Shown: in pieces, positions 21,065-32,029 of the stretch
How the letters are laid out: each line of letters opens with the position of its first letter
Numbering within the stretch: the stretch's first letter is position 1
Source: a bacterium
GTDB lineage: Bacteria; SAR324; NAC60-12
Assembly: GCA_965233585.1 (NCBI GenBank)
Contig: CBDDTI010000477.1
Coordinates: forward strand, 1-33,071
Direction of reading: 5' to 3'
DNA: 33,071 nt
Translations under genes and position numbers: made by a program
The notes under the pieces: generated by a model
What the model was told of the DNA's origin: nothing
The model's input: only the letters and a program-made list of their open reading frames with translations
The model's database searches: none

Positions 21065-23760
21065 ATCAAAACGGTTCCAAGAGATTTCTAAGATAAGAAT
21101 CCTTTAAGGACATGGTTGTTTTGAAAAACGTTGATTTTCAACCACTGACTTCTGAAAAGAGAATTTTTCAAGTGCATGGTGGTTCTAGCAACAGTAATTT
21201 CCTATCAATTTTTCTATGAAAATTGTTCCAAGAAACTTTTAAGATGAGAATATTTTGAGAGCACGGTGTTTGAAAAAACGGTGATTTGCTCGCTTTTTTC
21301 CATCAAAAAAATATTCCAAGATATTTCTAAAATATTTTTTTTTAAAGTACGGGATTTTGAAAAACGATGATTTTCACCCAATTTTTCTATCAAAATTGTT
21401 CCAAAAAAATTCGACGATGAATATTTAATAAGAACATGGCCTTTTGAAAACGAATAATTTTTCCCTATTTTTTGCAAAATTGTTCCACGAAACTTCAAAA
21501 ATGAGAAAGAATTTTTTGAGAGCATGGTGTTTTGAAAAACGGTGGTTTCCGCCAATTTTTTTGAAAATTGTTCCGAAATATCTAAAGTGAGCATTTTTGA
21601 GGAGCACGGTGTTTTGAAAAACGGTGATTTTCGCCTAATTTTTCTTCCATTTTTTTGCGAGACATTTCTAAGAAATTGCTAAGATGATTTTTTTTTCAAA
21701 ATATGATAATTGAAAAACGATGCTTTTCTCGCAATTTTTAAACCAAAAATGTTCCAAAAGATTTCTAAGATAAGAATCTTTTAAGGGTATGATATTTTGA
21801 AAAATACGGATTTTCTATTTTTTTCCATAAAAATTATGTCAAAAAAATTCTAAGATATTTTTTTTTTAAAATCCATGATAATTTGAAAAATTAGGAGAGG
21901 AGAATTATCAATTTTCAAAATATCATAATCTTAAAAAATTCTTATTCGTCAAATTTATAAATAATTTTCATTTTTCAAAATACCATTTTCTCAATAAATT
22001 TAAATCTTTGAAATTTCTTGGAATAATTTTGATGGAAAAATTGGGAGAAAATCGTCATTTTTCAAAATTTCATGTTCTTAAAAAATTCTTATCTTAGAAT
22101 TGTCTCGGAAAAAAATTGTTGGAAAAATAGGTAGAAAATGATCGTTTTTCAAAATATAATGTTCTGAAAAAAATTGATCTTAGAAATTTGATATTTTTTT
22201 TGCAAAAAAATGGGGGTGAGGCCCATCTATTTTCATAAATTCGTATCTGAGAAATTTCTTAGAATTCTTTATATAAAAATTAGATAAAAATTATTATTTT
22301 TCAAAATGCCACGGCCTTAAAAAATTATTATAGAAATTTTTAAAAATAATTTTGAAATTTTTCAAAATATTATGCATTTAAAATATTCTTATCTCGGATT
22401 TTTTTTTGCAATAATCTGAATAGAAAAATTAAAATAAAACTATTATTTTTCAAAAAATCATGCTTTTTAAAAAAATACCTCAAAAATTTCTCGGCAGAAT
22501 TTTAATCAATAAATTAAAAATTATTATTTTTCAAAATACCATGCTATTAATAGATTTTCATCGTGGAAATTTCTTGGAATAATTTTAATATAAAATATTG
22601 GGAAACAATTATTATTTTTCAAATTATTATGTCCCTCAAAAATTCTTAGCTTAGAAATTTCTTGTAACAATTTTTCAAAAAAAATTGGGAGGAATTTACC
22701 ATTTTTTTACTTATCATATTTTTAAAATAAATTCATCTTAGAAATTTCTTCGAACAATTTAATTAAAAAAAATTAGGTTAAAATCATTATTTTTCAAAAT
22801 ACCATGCTCTTAAAAAATTCTTATTTTAGAAATATTTTGGAAGGATTTTGAAAGAAAAATTGGACGAAAAATACGAATTTCAAAATATTATATTCTTAAA
22901 TGATTTTTATCTTAGAAATATTTTGGAATAAATTTAATTTAAAAAAATGGGAAAAATTACCATTGATCGAAATATAATGCTCTTAAAAAATCCTTATCCT
23001 AGAAATTTCTTGCATAATTTTGATAAAAAAAATTAATCAAAATTATTCTTTTTCAAAACATCATGATATCATCTTAAAATACATTTGGAATAATTTTAAT
23101 AAAAAATAAAAATCAATTTAAAAAATTGGATTTTTTTTTTCAAAATATTATGCTTAAAAAAAATCTGGCTCTCCAATTATTGTCATCTTTGAAATTTCTT
23201 GGAAAAAAACTATTAGAAAAAAATAATCAAAATTATTAAATTTTTAAAATATTTAATTCAAATAAATTTATTCCCGAAATTTCTTGGAAAAAAAAAACCT
23301 TAATATTTCTTATTTTAGAAATATCTTCGAATTCGAATCTTTTTAATAATAAAATTTGGAGAAAATTATTTTTTTAAATTTACATGCTCTTAAAAAAAAT
23401 ATAGATATTTTTTGGAACAATTTTGACAAAAAAATATCGGAACCATTTTTAATAAAAAAAAATGCGGACGGAACAAAATTGAATTCAATATTATTTTGGA
23501 AATATTTTAATAATTTTAATAAAAATATCGGAGAAAAACATAATTAAAAATTATATTTTTTAATAATTGTTATTTTCGAATTTTTTCTTTAACTTTTAAT
23601 TTTTTAAAAAAAAATATATGATTCTTTTTCAAAGCTCCATTGTCTTGAAAATTTTGATTCTAAAATTATCTTGGAAAAAAATTAATACAATAATAAGGAA
23701 GAAATCACCGTTTCTCAAATTATTATGTTTTTTAAATATTTTTATCTTAGGAATACAAAG
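21065..23760. repeat. ~86-bp satellite, minus orientation to ~21880 then plus orientation, progressively AT-eroded
   Basis: aaattgttccaagaa..agcatggtgttttgaaaaacggtg units first, then tttcttggaataattttgatggaaaaattgggagaaaatc units from ~22015 with increasing loss of G and C. Confidence 0.8.
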
Positions 23761-23819
23761 TGGAAAATACAAAGAATATCGATGTCAATTTTTCTGCAAA
23801 TATCCCTGTCAGGAATTCA

Positions 23820-24237
23820 ATGTATAAAATAATTAATTTTATTCCTCCCAATAATTTACAACCAAAAAAAATCATTAATAATTTTTTTCCATAAATAATA
23901 TTTTTATATTTAAATTAATATAATTCAAATATTTTATTTAAATTAATTACTTAATAATTTTTATTAAAAAAATATTAATATATTTATATTATTCCCAAAT
24001 TTCATATAATCAAAATTTCCAATCGAAAACTTAATAATTACCAATATATTATTTTTTTCCAATAAATAAAAATAATATATATAAAAATTTAGATAAATTA
24101 TATAAAACTAATATAATATAAAAAATATATATAATATATATAAAAAAATATATTTAAAAAAATAATATATTAAAATTATATAAAAAATATTATTTAAATA
24201 AATTAAATATAATTATATTAAATTAAATTTATATATA
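23820..24237. other. Near-pure A/T tract
   Basis: Very few G or C; abrupt return to normal composition at ~24238. Confidence 0.85.
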
Positions 24238-24279
24238 TGAGTTGTGTTTTAAATGTCTTGCATGGCGGCACCAAACAAG

Positions 24280-25180
24280 GAAAAATTTACGCTGCTGCTT
24301 ACGCATTGCTTAAGCGCACACAAGTTTTACTTACGCACGTTATAGTACCTTGCGCAGACCTCACGCGGACAATTTTTAGCACGTCACCACAGTTTCGACT
24401 TATGCGCAGCAACTTTTACATGCAAGAATCGAGGCAGTGATTGGCAAAATCAAGCAGTGGACGATGAAGATGTGGAAGAAGAGGAAGAAGATGATGAAGA
24501 AGTACCACCAGCAGAAGCTCGCCAAGCACGAAGCTGACGACGTTTTTTGACAGCACCCTTGCTGAGAGCACGGGCATGACTGGAAAGTTTCTCTTTGGGC
24601 GGCATGGGCAACTACTGACAAAAGCACCTTTGGCTTACGCGCAGCTTACGCGACACTTACGCGGTCCTTATGCGGATGTCAGGAAACAACTACGCAAAAC
24701 ACCCACTGAAGATAACCAATGTTCCTTCAAGAAAAGGCATTCCAATGCATAGGTTGCCTGTCACTCTCTGCATCTGCCCCTTTCTGATATGCTGAATTCT
24801 TAAGTACATGTAGGTCCCTGTAAACCTTGAACAACGAATTTTTTCAATTTATAAATTGTCCATATCGACAGAAATGGGGAAAACCATCCATACTCTATAA
24901 GACCAGGTAACCTGAAATTGATACCAAAGCCATACAGGTGTGTTGAACTGAAAAACAGGAGGGCTACCGTGGCCCTAGGAAAATCAAAAACCCGTCCGGT
25001 TATGTCAGGTTAGGATACATCATATATACCACTACTTAAAACTTCATATTAAAACCGTTGAAAATGAGCTTACGCCATCCTTACGCCAGCAATATTGGTA
25101 AAAAAAATGCTTACGCAAGCTTACGCGCATCAGTATTTTGCTTACATAACAGGCCCTTACAAGGATCCCAATACTAAATA
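24280..25180. repeat. Element with clustered CTTACGC motifs at both ends and the centre
   Basis: ttacgc clusters at 24287-24410, 24634-24695 and 25068-25160. Confidence 0.55.
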
Positions 25181-25419
25181 TAAACACGGAAGTTTAAAAC
25201 ACGGCTCATATCATAATTACCAGTAGTACCGCACAAGGCGATGGCGGAAGTTTCAAAAATAGGAAACCTATAGGAGAAGTTGGTTGTTGTGAATCAGGGA
25301 TGGCAGAGCGAAGCCACTGATTGACCGAAAGGTGGTTGGAATTGTGTTTGCCGGAATGGTTGCAATGGTTGCAGTGGTCACCTCACCCAGAACTGCTGGA
25401 TGTAGTGTGATGTATTGCA

Positions 25420-25755
25420 ACTGGAGTTGTAGTTGTAGCGTAGTGGAGTTGTATGTGGTGTAATGTAATTAGTGTAGTGTAGTTGCAGTTATATAGTTGT
25501 AGTTGTAGTTGTTTTGTAGTTGTTGTAGTTGTAGTTGTTGTGTGGTTGTAGTTGTTGTGTAGTGTAATTGTAGTAGTAGTAGTTGTTGTTGTTGTAGTTG
25601 TAGTTGTTGTTGTTGCTGTTGTTGTAGTTGTAGTTATAGTTGTTGTTGTTGCTGTTGTTGTTGTAGCTGTAGTTGTTGTAGTTGTAGTTCTAGTTGTAGT
25701 TGTTGTGTAGTTGTAGTTGTTGTTGCTGTTGTTGTTGTTGCTGTTGTTGTTGTCG
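25420..25755. repeat. Compound (GTT/GTA/GCT)n microsatellite
   Basis: Direct reading. Confidence 0.92.
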
Positions 25756-25844
25756 TCGAAGTTAGGGTAGTTAAGTTAGTGAAGTTAGTTAAGTTAATTA
25801 ATGTCTACTTTTTCGACATCTTCACGTCAAAAAAGGCTCAAAAC

Positions 25845-26262
25845 CCTCAGTTTTTTACACTTTTGACTTCGAAATGTGCTTCGCGCCACAACGGCGTGCA
25901 CTTTTTCGACATCTGAACCTCCAAAAGTAGTCCGAGACCGTCAGTTTTTAATACTTTTGACTTGGAAACGTGCTTCGCGCCACAACGGCGTGAACTTTTT
26001 CGATATCTAAACCTCCAAAAGTAGTCCGACATTGGTGTGTTTTGTACATTTTGACTTCAAAATATGCTTCGTGCCACAACGGCGTACGCTTTTTCGACAT
26101 CGCAACTTCCAAAAGTGGTCCGACCATGGTGTATTTTGTACATTTTAACTTCAAAATATGCTTCGCGCCACAACGGCGTATACTTTTTCGACATCTCAAC
26201 TTCCAAAAGTAGTCCGCTCCTCTAGTGTTTTGTTCATTTTAACTTGGAAATGTGCTTCGACG
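25845..26262. repeat. ~94-bp tandem repeat, about 4.5 units
   Basis: tttt(g/a)actt.(g/a)aa..tgcttcgcgccacaacggcgt at ~25861, 25956, 26049, 26143 and 26237 (last unit partial). Confidence 0.9.
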
Positions 26263-26499
26263 TACACTTTTCATGTCTCATCTAGCCAGCTAGCTCCGCA
26301 CCCGCCGCTTTAACGAGCCTACTTTTCGACCCTCCGGAGTTACAAATCATTGGAAAAACACAGTACATCACAACGTTCCTATTTTTTCGCGCACCCACCT
26401 CTTCTTTCTTCTAATCTTATCTCTTCTAACTCTTCTCATCTCTGCTTTTCAACTATCCATATTGTCGAAAATTTCACTTCTAAACTTCTTTCAATTATT

Positions 26500-27185
26500 T
26501 AAAAAAATATTAATATCACCAAAAATAATATTTTTTAAATATAATAAATATTTATATTACCAAATTCAAAATTATTTCACCAAACAACACTAAATCTCAT
26601 CAAATACCATACCTCCCATACAATTACCCGCGACATTCATAGCGCCAAACCAAAACTATCCCACAAAATCAAAATTAATACCATCAAAAAATATATAATA
26701 TACAAAATATAAATTACATATAAATAAATATAAATTATGTAAATATATAATTAAAAATAAATAAATTATATATATAATATATGTTTATATATTATGTTTA
26801 TATATTATGTAAAATAAATAAATTCTATAAATAAAATATATATAGGTATATTATACCTAAATATATTATATTTAAATATAATATACCTATATATTATATT
26901 TAAATAAATTATATATAAGTCTTATATTATGTATAATAGTTATATATATATATATATATAAATAAATATTTTATAAAAAAAATATTTATACATATATTAT
27001 ATATATACAAATAATTATATAAATTGTCGATCAAAAGACGCAATAGGAAACAAGCGAAAATATACAATCAAAAAGAATAACCCCCGCACAAATATATAAG
27101 GAATTAAATATAAGTATCAATCAAAAAAGAAACACAAATAATAAAACATCCTGGAATCCAAATCACTGCTCCAATAAATCAGACC
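26500..27185. repeat. AT-eroded paralogue of 4915-5530 plus the satellite leader
   Basis: caccaaacaacactaaatctcatcaaataccatacctcccatacaattacccgcgac (26578-26633) aligns to 5014-5070; 27025-27183 aligns to 3003-3160. Confidence 0.85.
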
Positions 27186-27762
27186 ACAGGGTTTCTGCAT
27201 CCGTCCGCAATCCGGGCCACTGCCCCAACAGTGGGGTGAATGTTGTCAGCACCGTCCAACAGTTACACAACAGCAGGCAAATGGTACACACAAAGTTTCT
27301 GCTCTACGCAACTGCCCTATGCTGTCCAGGTCACTGTTCCACCACTTGGAACCATGTTTTGTGTGGAGTTGTTGTGGCTGCTCCAACAGGTGGACCAATG
27401 CTGTAAAGCAGGCATCTGGTGCGCTTAAAGCTTCCGCAGTCCAGGCCATTGCTCCCACAGTTGGACCAATGTTGTCAGCAGGCAACCGATGCATACATAC
27501 CTTCGAAGAAGGGGGGGAAGAAGCCAGCGGAATATTAGCAGGCTCTTAGAAATTCTTTTCTGATAGTTCTCATCCTGCTTTGCTCTTCAAAACGATACTG
27601 GGAATGCGACGAAACAATTTTCATACATTTATTGATACTTTTTTCCGGGATTTCTGCGCGTGCCATTTTCAAAGACTAATTAAATGAATTGCTCTTGCAG
27701 GGACAAATCTTGAACATCTGCAAACCCGTGAGCTGGCCAGTGGCAACTACTAGTCATCACGC

Positions 27763-30700
27763 TCAATCATCGTCGTCGTCGTCGTCATAGCCGCACACCT
27801 GAAACCAAGATGCGGCGCGATAACGATGGGATCCAAGGTGCTCCAAGATCTATTAGAACGTCCGAGAAACTGCAAGTTTGTAGTCCCCTGACGCAGATGA
27901 ATCAGACTCCTGATCATCAGGCGTCGGACCGCACCAGGTAGCCAAAAAATTGCGCCAACATGGGCTCCAGATAGCAAAAGATATTTTTTGGCAGACTTCT
28001 CGCGGCCACCCCCTGCAGCGACACCAGCATACAAGCTTCATAGCGCACACCGCACTCTGAGAGCAGCACCCTGTAGCAGCACCCAAGTTGACCTCCACAG
28101 CGCATATGCCACTGTAAGCATCACTCTGTTGCAGCGGCACCCGCATGCCCGCTCCAAAGCATACACAGCAGCACCATCCAGCAGCGCCCTGCACTGGCAC
28201 CAGCATGCCCGTTCCAATACGTTGCGCCACTCTGACAGCAGCACCCTCAAGCAGCACCGCGCAGTGCACCAGCATACCCCAAAGCGCAAACACTACTCTG
28301 AGAGCAGCGCCCTCCTGCAGCGGCGTGCACCGCTCTAGCAGCAGCACCCTTAAGCAGCACCCTGCAGCGGTACCGTGCCGCGGCACACCAACGCGCGCGG
28401 ACAGCACTTGGAGAGCAGGGCAACTTGCAAAGCAGCACCTGTCAGTGGCAGCAGCACCTTCACGCAGCTTGCAGCGGCCTTCCTGCAGTGGTGCCAGCAT
28501 GCTGCAACGCGCGCACACCACTTTGACAGCAGCACCCTCAAGCAGCACCTTGCAGCTGCACCTCGCAGCGGCACCAGCATGCCTGCTCCAAAGCGCATAC
28601 ACCTCTGATAGCAGCACCCTCAAGCAGCACCCTGCAGCGGGTACCCTGCAGCGGCACCAGCATGCCCGCCCCCAAACACAGACATGCAACTCCTCCTATA
28701 CTTGAAGTAAGAAACACCAATAACTTCGCTATCTAGAGAACCAGGGCTGGATTTGCTGTGCCTGACGCCAACGCTTTAGCGAAGCAAAAAGATTTTCCCT
28801 GAACTTCAATTGGGTGAAAAAGTGTGCTGGTGATCGTGTTTTCGTGATTCCGCGGCTCCTCCAGTTCCTCTTGGCTGATGATCTTGCCGAAAGTCGTGTT
28901 CATGTCGACTTTCATGCGAGTTTCCACCTGAAATGCGCCACCAAAGAGCCACAACACAGGCACAGCGCAGGAACATGAGAATACGATAGAGAACATTACG
29001 ACCATGGGCTGAGTCTTCAAGCTGGAGGTGCTTCGGGAAGGAACACGACGGTCAACATCAGCAGCATGAACCTGCACAAGCTGAAAACGATAGAAATATC
29101 TAGCTCCACAAAAGAAAACTTGCTGACAACTGCTTTTGTCTGGTGTGTCTCGTGCCCAATGCTTGACAGCCACCATCCATAATCCAAATATGCGACCACA
29201 GGCCATGGAATTGGTGGGTGCGGATATTCGTAGCCTCAGACCGAAGATCGGCTTTGAGCCAACGGTGTCACTTGCAGGCCCATCTGTTCCATTTCAGCGC
29301 AAACCGCCTTTGCTGCACAGAGAACTTTTGTCTGTGATTGCCAGTAAATGACTCCGAACATTGGTGATCCATTTCGATAGAAAACTAAGATTTCTTGTGA
29401 ACTTCCCATCACCGAAGTCACGGAACACAAACTGTCACTCCGCCTCTCTGTGGCCTTCGAACTCTGATATCTAAAAGCTCTGCAATGAATGCAACTGATG
29501 TGCGGATGGAAGGAATCTGGTCCGGTGTCAACTCCTCGGACCCCAAAACACCGGCGTTGCCGGAAAGCTTGAAGAAAACGCAGCGTTGAATTAACGGCGT
29601 GGTTCCGGACATGTTTGGGCGAATTTGTTCCGAGCTGCTGGATGGAAACTCAAAACGTCAATTGTTCCGACCACTGGCAGCATGAATGTGTGAAATGTGA
29701 AGAGCCCAAACCAGACTTTCGTCCCAAACCTCAGTTCAGCTCCGCTGACAGTGTTCGTGACAATTCCATTGCTTGCTGACCTAAAAATCACACACTGTCT
29801 CACTTGGACCAGACAGAGATTCTTGCAACAGAGTAGCTCCAACTCAGGTGCTTCAATGACGTTGCCAGCCAGCATCATCCACATGATGAACCTGAGAGCT
29901 TCAGCCAAATACAACATCAGCATTGTGAAACACAACGCCTCTGCTGGGTCCTTTTTGCAGCAACAATTGCGTTGAGTGGCAGAGTCGCCATGAAAAGGAA
30001 GAGGTGGATCTGCACAGCGGAGCACGCTTCAACAGACTTCAAAACTTGAGGCCCAGGGGTAAGTGACGAAAGCTAGCTTGGCAGGGGGCTTGGCATGAAA
30101 ACACCGAGTAGCCTCACAAACTCATCTGTATCAAAGGATATTATGTCCAAGACCAGGCTTTGAATGTCTTGGTTTGGGATGAACGGGACACATTGAAGGT
30201 GGATCAATGTCACATAAAGAGAGCAAAATTTTGTATCACACGTGTACATAATGAGGAAACTCCCGCTCAGTAGTGTGGTGGTCACTAAAGAGGAAGAAGA
30301 TTCAAGGGTCCACCTTCAGCATCGGAGTGGACCTTGAAAGGCTTAGAGGCTTAGAAGTTGCAAGAAAAGAAGAGGTTGAAAGCGTGGCTAGGTAGATGTC
30401 ATGAGGGCAAAAAGAGGAAGCATGCCTGTGCAATTGCTCCGGAAGATCTTTGCAAACTCACCTGCATGAAGGAATACTATGTCCAAGAAAAGCTTGCCAT
30501 TGTGAGAACTAGCCCTAAACTACATGACAGATGTCAAAGACCTAATTAAAATTTGGAATACTCATGTTTGGATCATACAATTCTGCAGGACGGCCTCTTG
30601 GAAATTGCTATGGTTTTACTGGGTTACCTCGTCGTGTCCGATGCTGGATTTAAATGAACAAATCTTGATGCTCAGAAATATGTGCGGAGCATCTGGAAAG

Positions 30701-31465
30701 GCCATAGGAATATTTAAATTCTGCAGAAGAGCGGCCGCATTGGGGTAAATTTATTTCAGAGTGTTGCGCTGCAGTTTGTCGATTTTCTAACATTTGTTTC
30801 GGTAAGGGTTTTGCAGCCTTGCATTGCGCTTGCGCTGTGGCTCCTTGGGGGCTTTAGCTGTTGTGTGCTCATGGGGCGAGCACATCTCACTGACAGTATG
30901 CTTTTTGTGCGCCTTTGTGCTTTGCCACTTCGGTGAGATTGCGGGAAGCATCTCGCAGGCCGTTTGGCAGCTTGAATGAAGGTGGAAAGCATCTTACAAG
31001 CACTTTGCTCTTGCACTTGCGTATGGGAGTTACAGCGTGAAAAGCATCTCAGGAATCCTCAATGTAGTTTTCACATCGGAGCATCACAGCCTCGTCCTAT
31101 GTCCATTCACAAAACTAATCTTGAAACCAGTCTCTAGCTTGCCTAGCCATAGACATGCATTTTTGGTTATGGTTCGTTTATCGTTCCGGTTTTTGTTCCG
31201 GGCCACGACCAAGAAACAGAAAGTGCACGTACCAAAGAGAAGCCTTCTCTTGCTGTGTGTGGCTGGCTCCAAGTGACAACGCGCTAGCCAAGAATGATTT
31301 CCACAATTGCAGTTTTGCTGCGAGCGCGGGCATTCAAATAAAGGGATCAACCAAGACCATCTCAGAGCAAAAGGTTTCTGCTATCTTTGAATGGCAGGGT
31401 CAAAGAAAATACCTCAGCGGAAGGTTTCCGCCCGTAGCTCCATACACAGATTCAACCGACGGCAT
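27763..31465 (-). CDS. Probable multi-exon host gene(s) of unknown function with short exons and introns; exon structure not resolved
   Basis: Non-repetitive sequence of moderate GC with short protein-like segments on the minus strand next to splice-like sites: MPSVESVYGATGGNLPLR|gtattt (~31410-31462), DIQSLVLDIISFDTDEF (~30117-30168), VETRMKVDMNTTFGKIISQEELEEPRNHENTITSTLF (~28816-28928, after cag|G) and terminal ag|VCGYDDDDDDD* (27763-27798). Confidence 0.4.
27934..28690 (-). mobile_element. GCAGCACC-rich repeat element with a CTRR-type end
   Basis: Degenerate agcagcaccctcaagcagcacc / gcagcggcaccagcatgcc units. Minus-strand end ..agcccatgttggcgcaattttttggctacCTGG|T at 27934. Confidence 0.6.
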
Positions 31466-32029
31466 ATCTTGGGTAGAAGGTTGTTATCGTTCTATCAAAA
31501 TTGTTGACGAAAAGTATATCTCCATAGACGGTTTCTATTATCGTTCGCTGTGCAGAGCAATTCAAAATTGAAAAGCACGCACTTAATCAGCCGCAGTTTG
31601 TTGCAGGATGGCTTCTTAAGATAAAGGCTAAAAAAGCCATGGGGACAGCAATGTTTCAAAAGCCTGAATAAATGCAAATCCGTGTTTTTGACGGAGCTCA
31701 CATGTGAAGGTCTAAAATGAAAATGAAGCTAGCCTTTAATTTAAGGCTAGCCATGAACATGCCAATAGTGAGAGAGGCTGCACCAGTGACTTGAAGCATG
31801 CGGTGTTGACCACGCCAATGATGCTGAGGATGCGGATGCTGCCAGTTTGGCGACATGCCGACGGTGTCTCCAGCAGGGGTCGAGGCACGGCCAAACTGCT
31901 TGTGAACCAGCCAGGGCGGGGTAGTTGGCCCATCGCACGCAACAGCCCGTGGGTTTTACCGCGTTTTTCGCTGCTTTTTGAAGATGATGCAGCGTTGGTG
32001 GAGGTTGCGGTGATGACAGCACACTGACA

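Larger units (their letters stand above)
25220..26493 (-). mobile_element. Non-autonomous Helentron/Helitron2-like element with microsatellite and 94-bp tandem core
   Basis: Minus-strand 3' end ..gaaacttccgccatcgccttgtgcggtactaCTGG|T. The other end carries an eroded hairpin (plus strand gaaaatttcacttctaaacttc, ~26467-26488) whose aaacttc arm is inverted relative to gaagttt at ~25247. Confidence 0.6.

Noticed and set aside
23820..24237. Organellar or foreign AT-rich insertion
   Set aside because: It is continuous with the progressively eroded satellite and has no gene remnants; better explained as the end point of erosion or an artefact.
27853..28720. 278-aa and 186-aa Cys/Ala-rich ORFs
   Set aside because: Read-through of the GCAGCACC repeat element, open in most frames.
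31155..31571. 138-aa plus-strand ORF
   Set aside because: No recognisable domain; the opposite strand shows better exon-like segments with splice signals. Not fully excluded.
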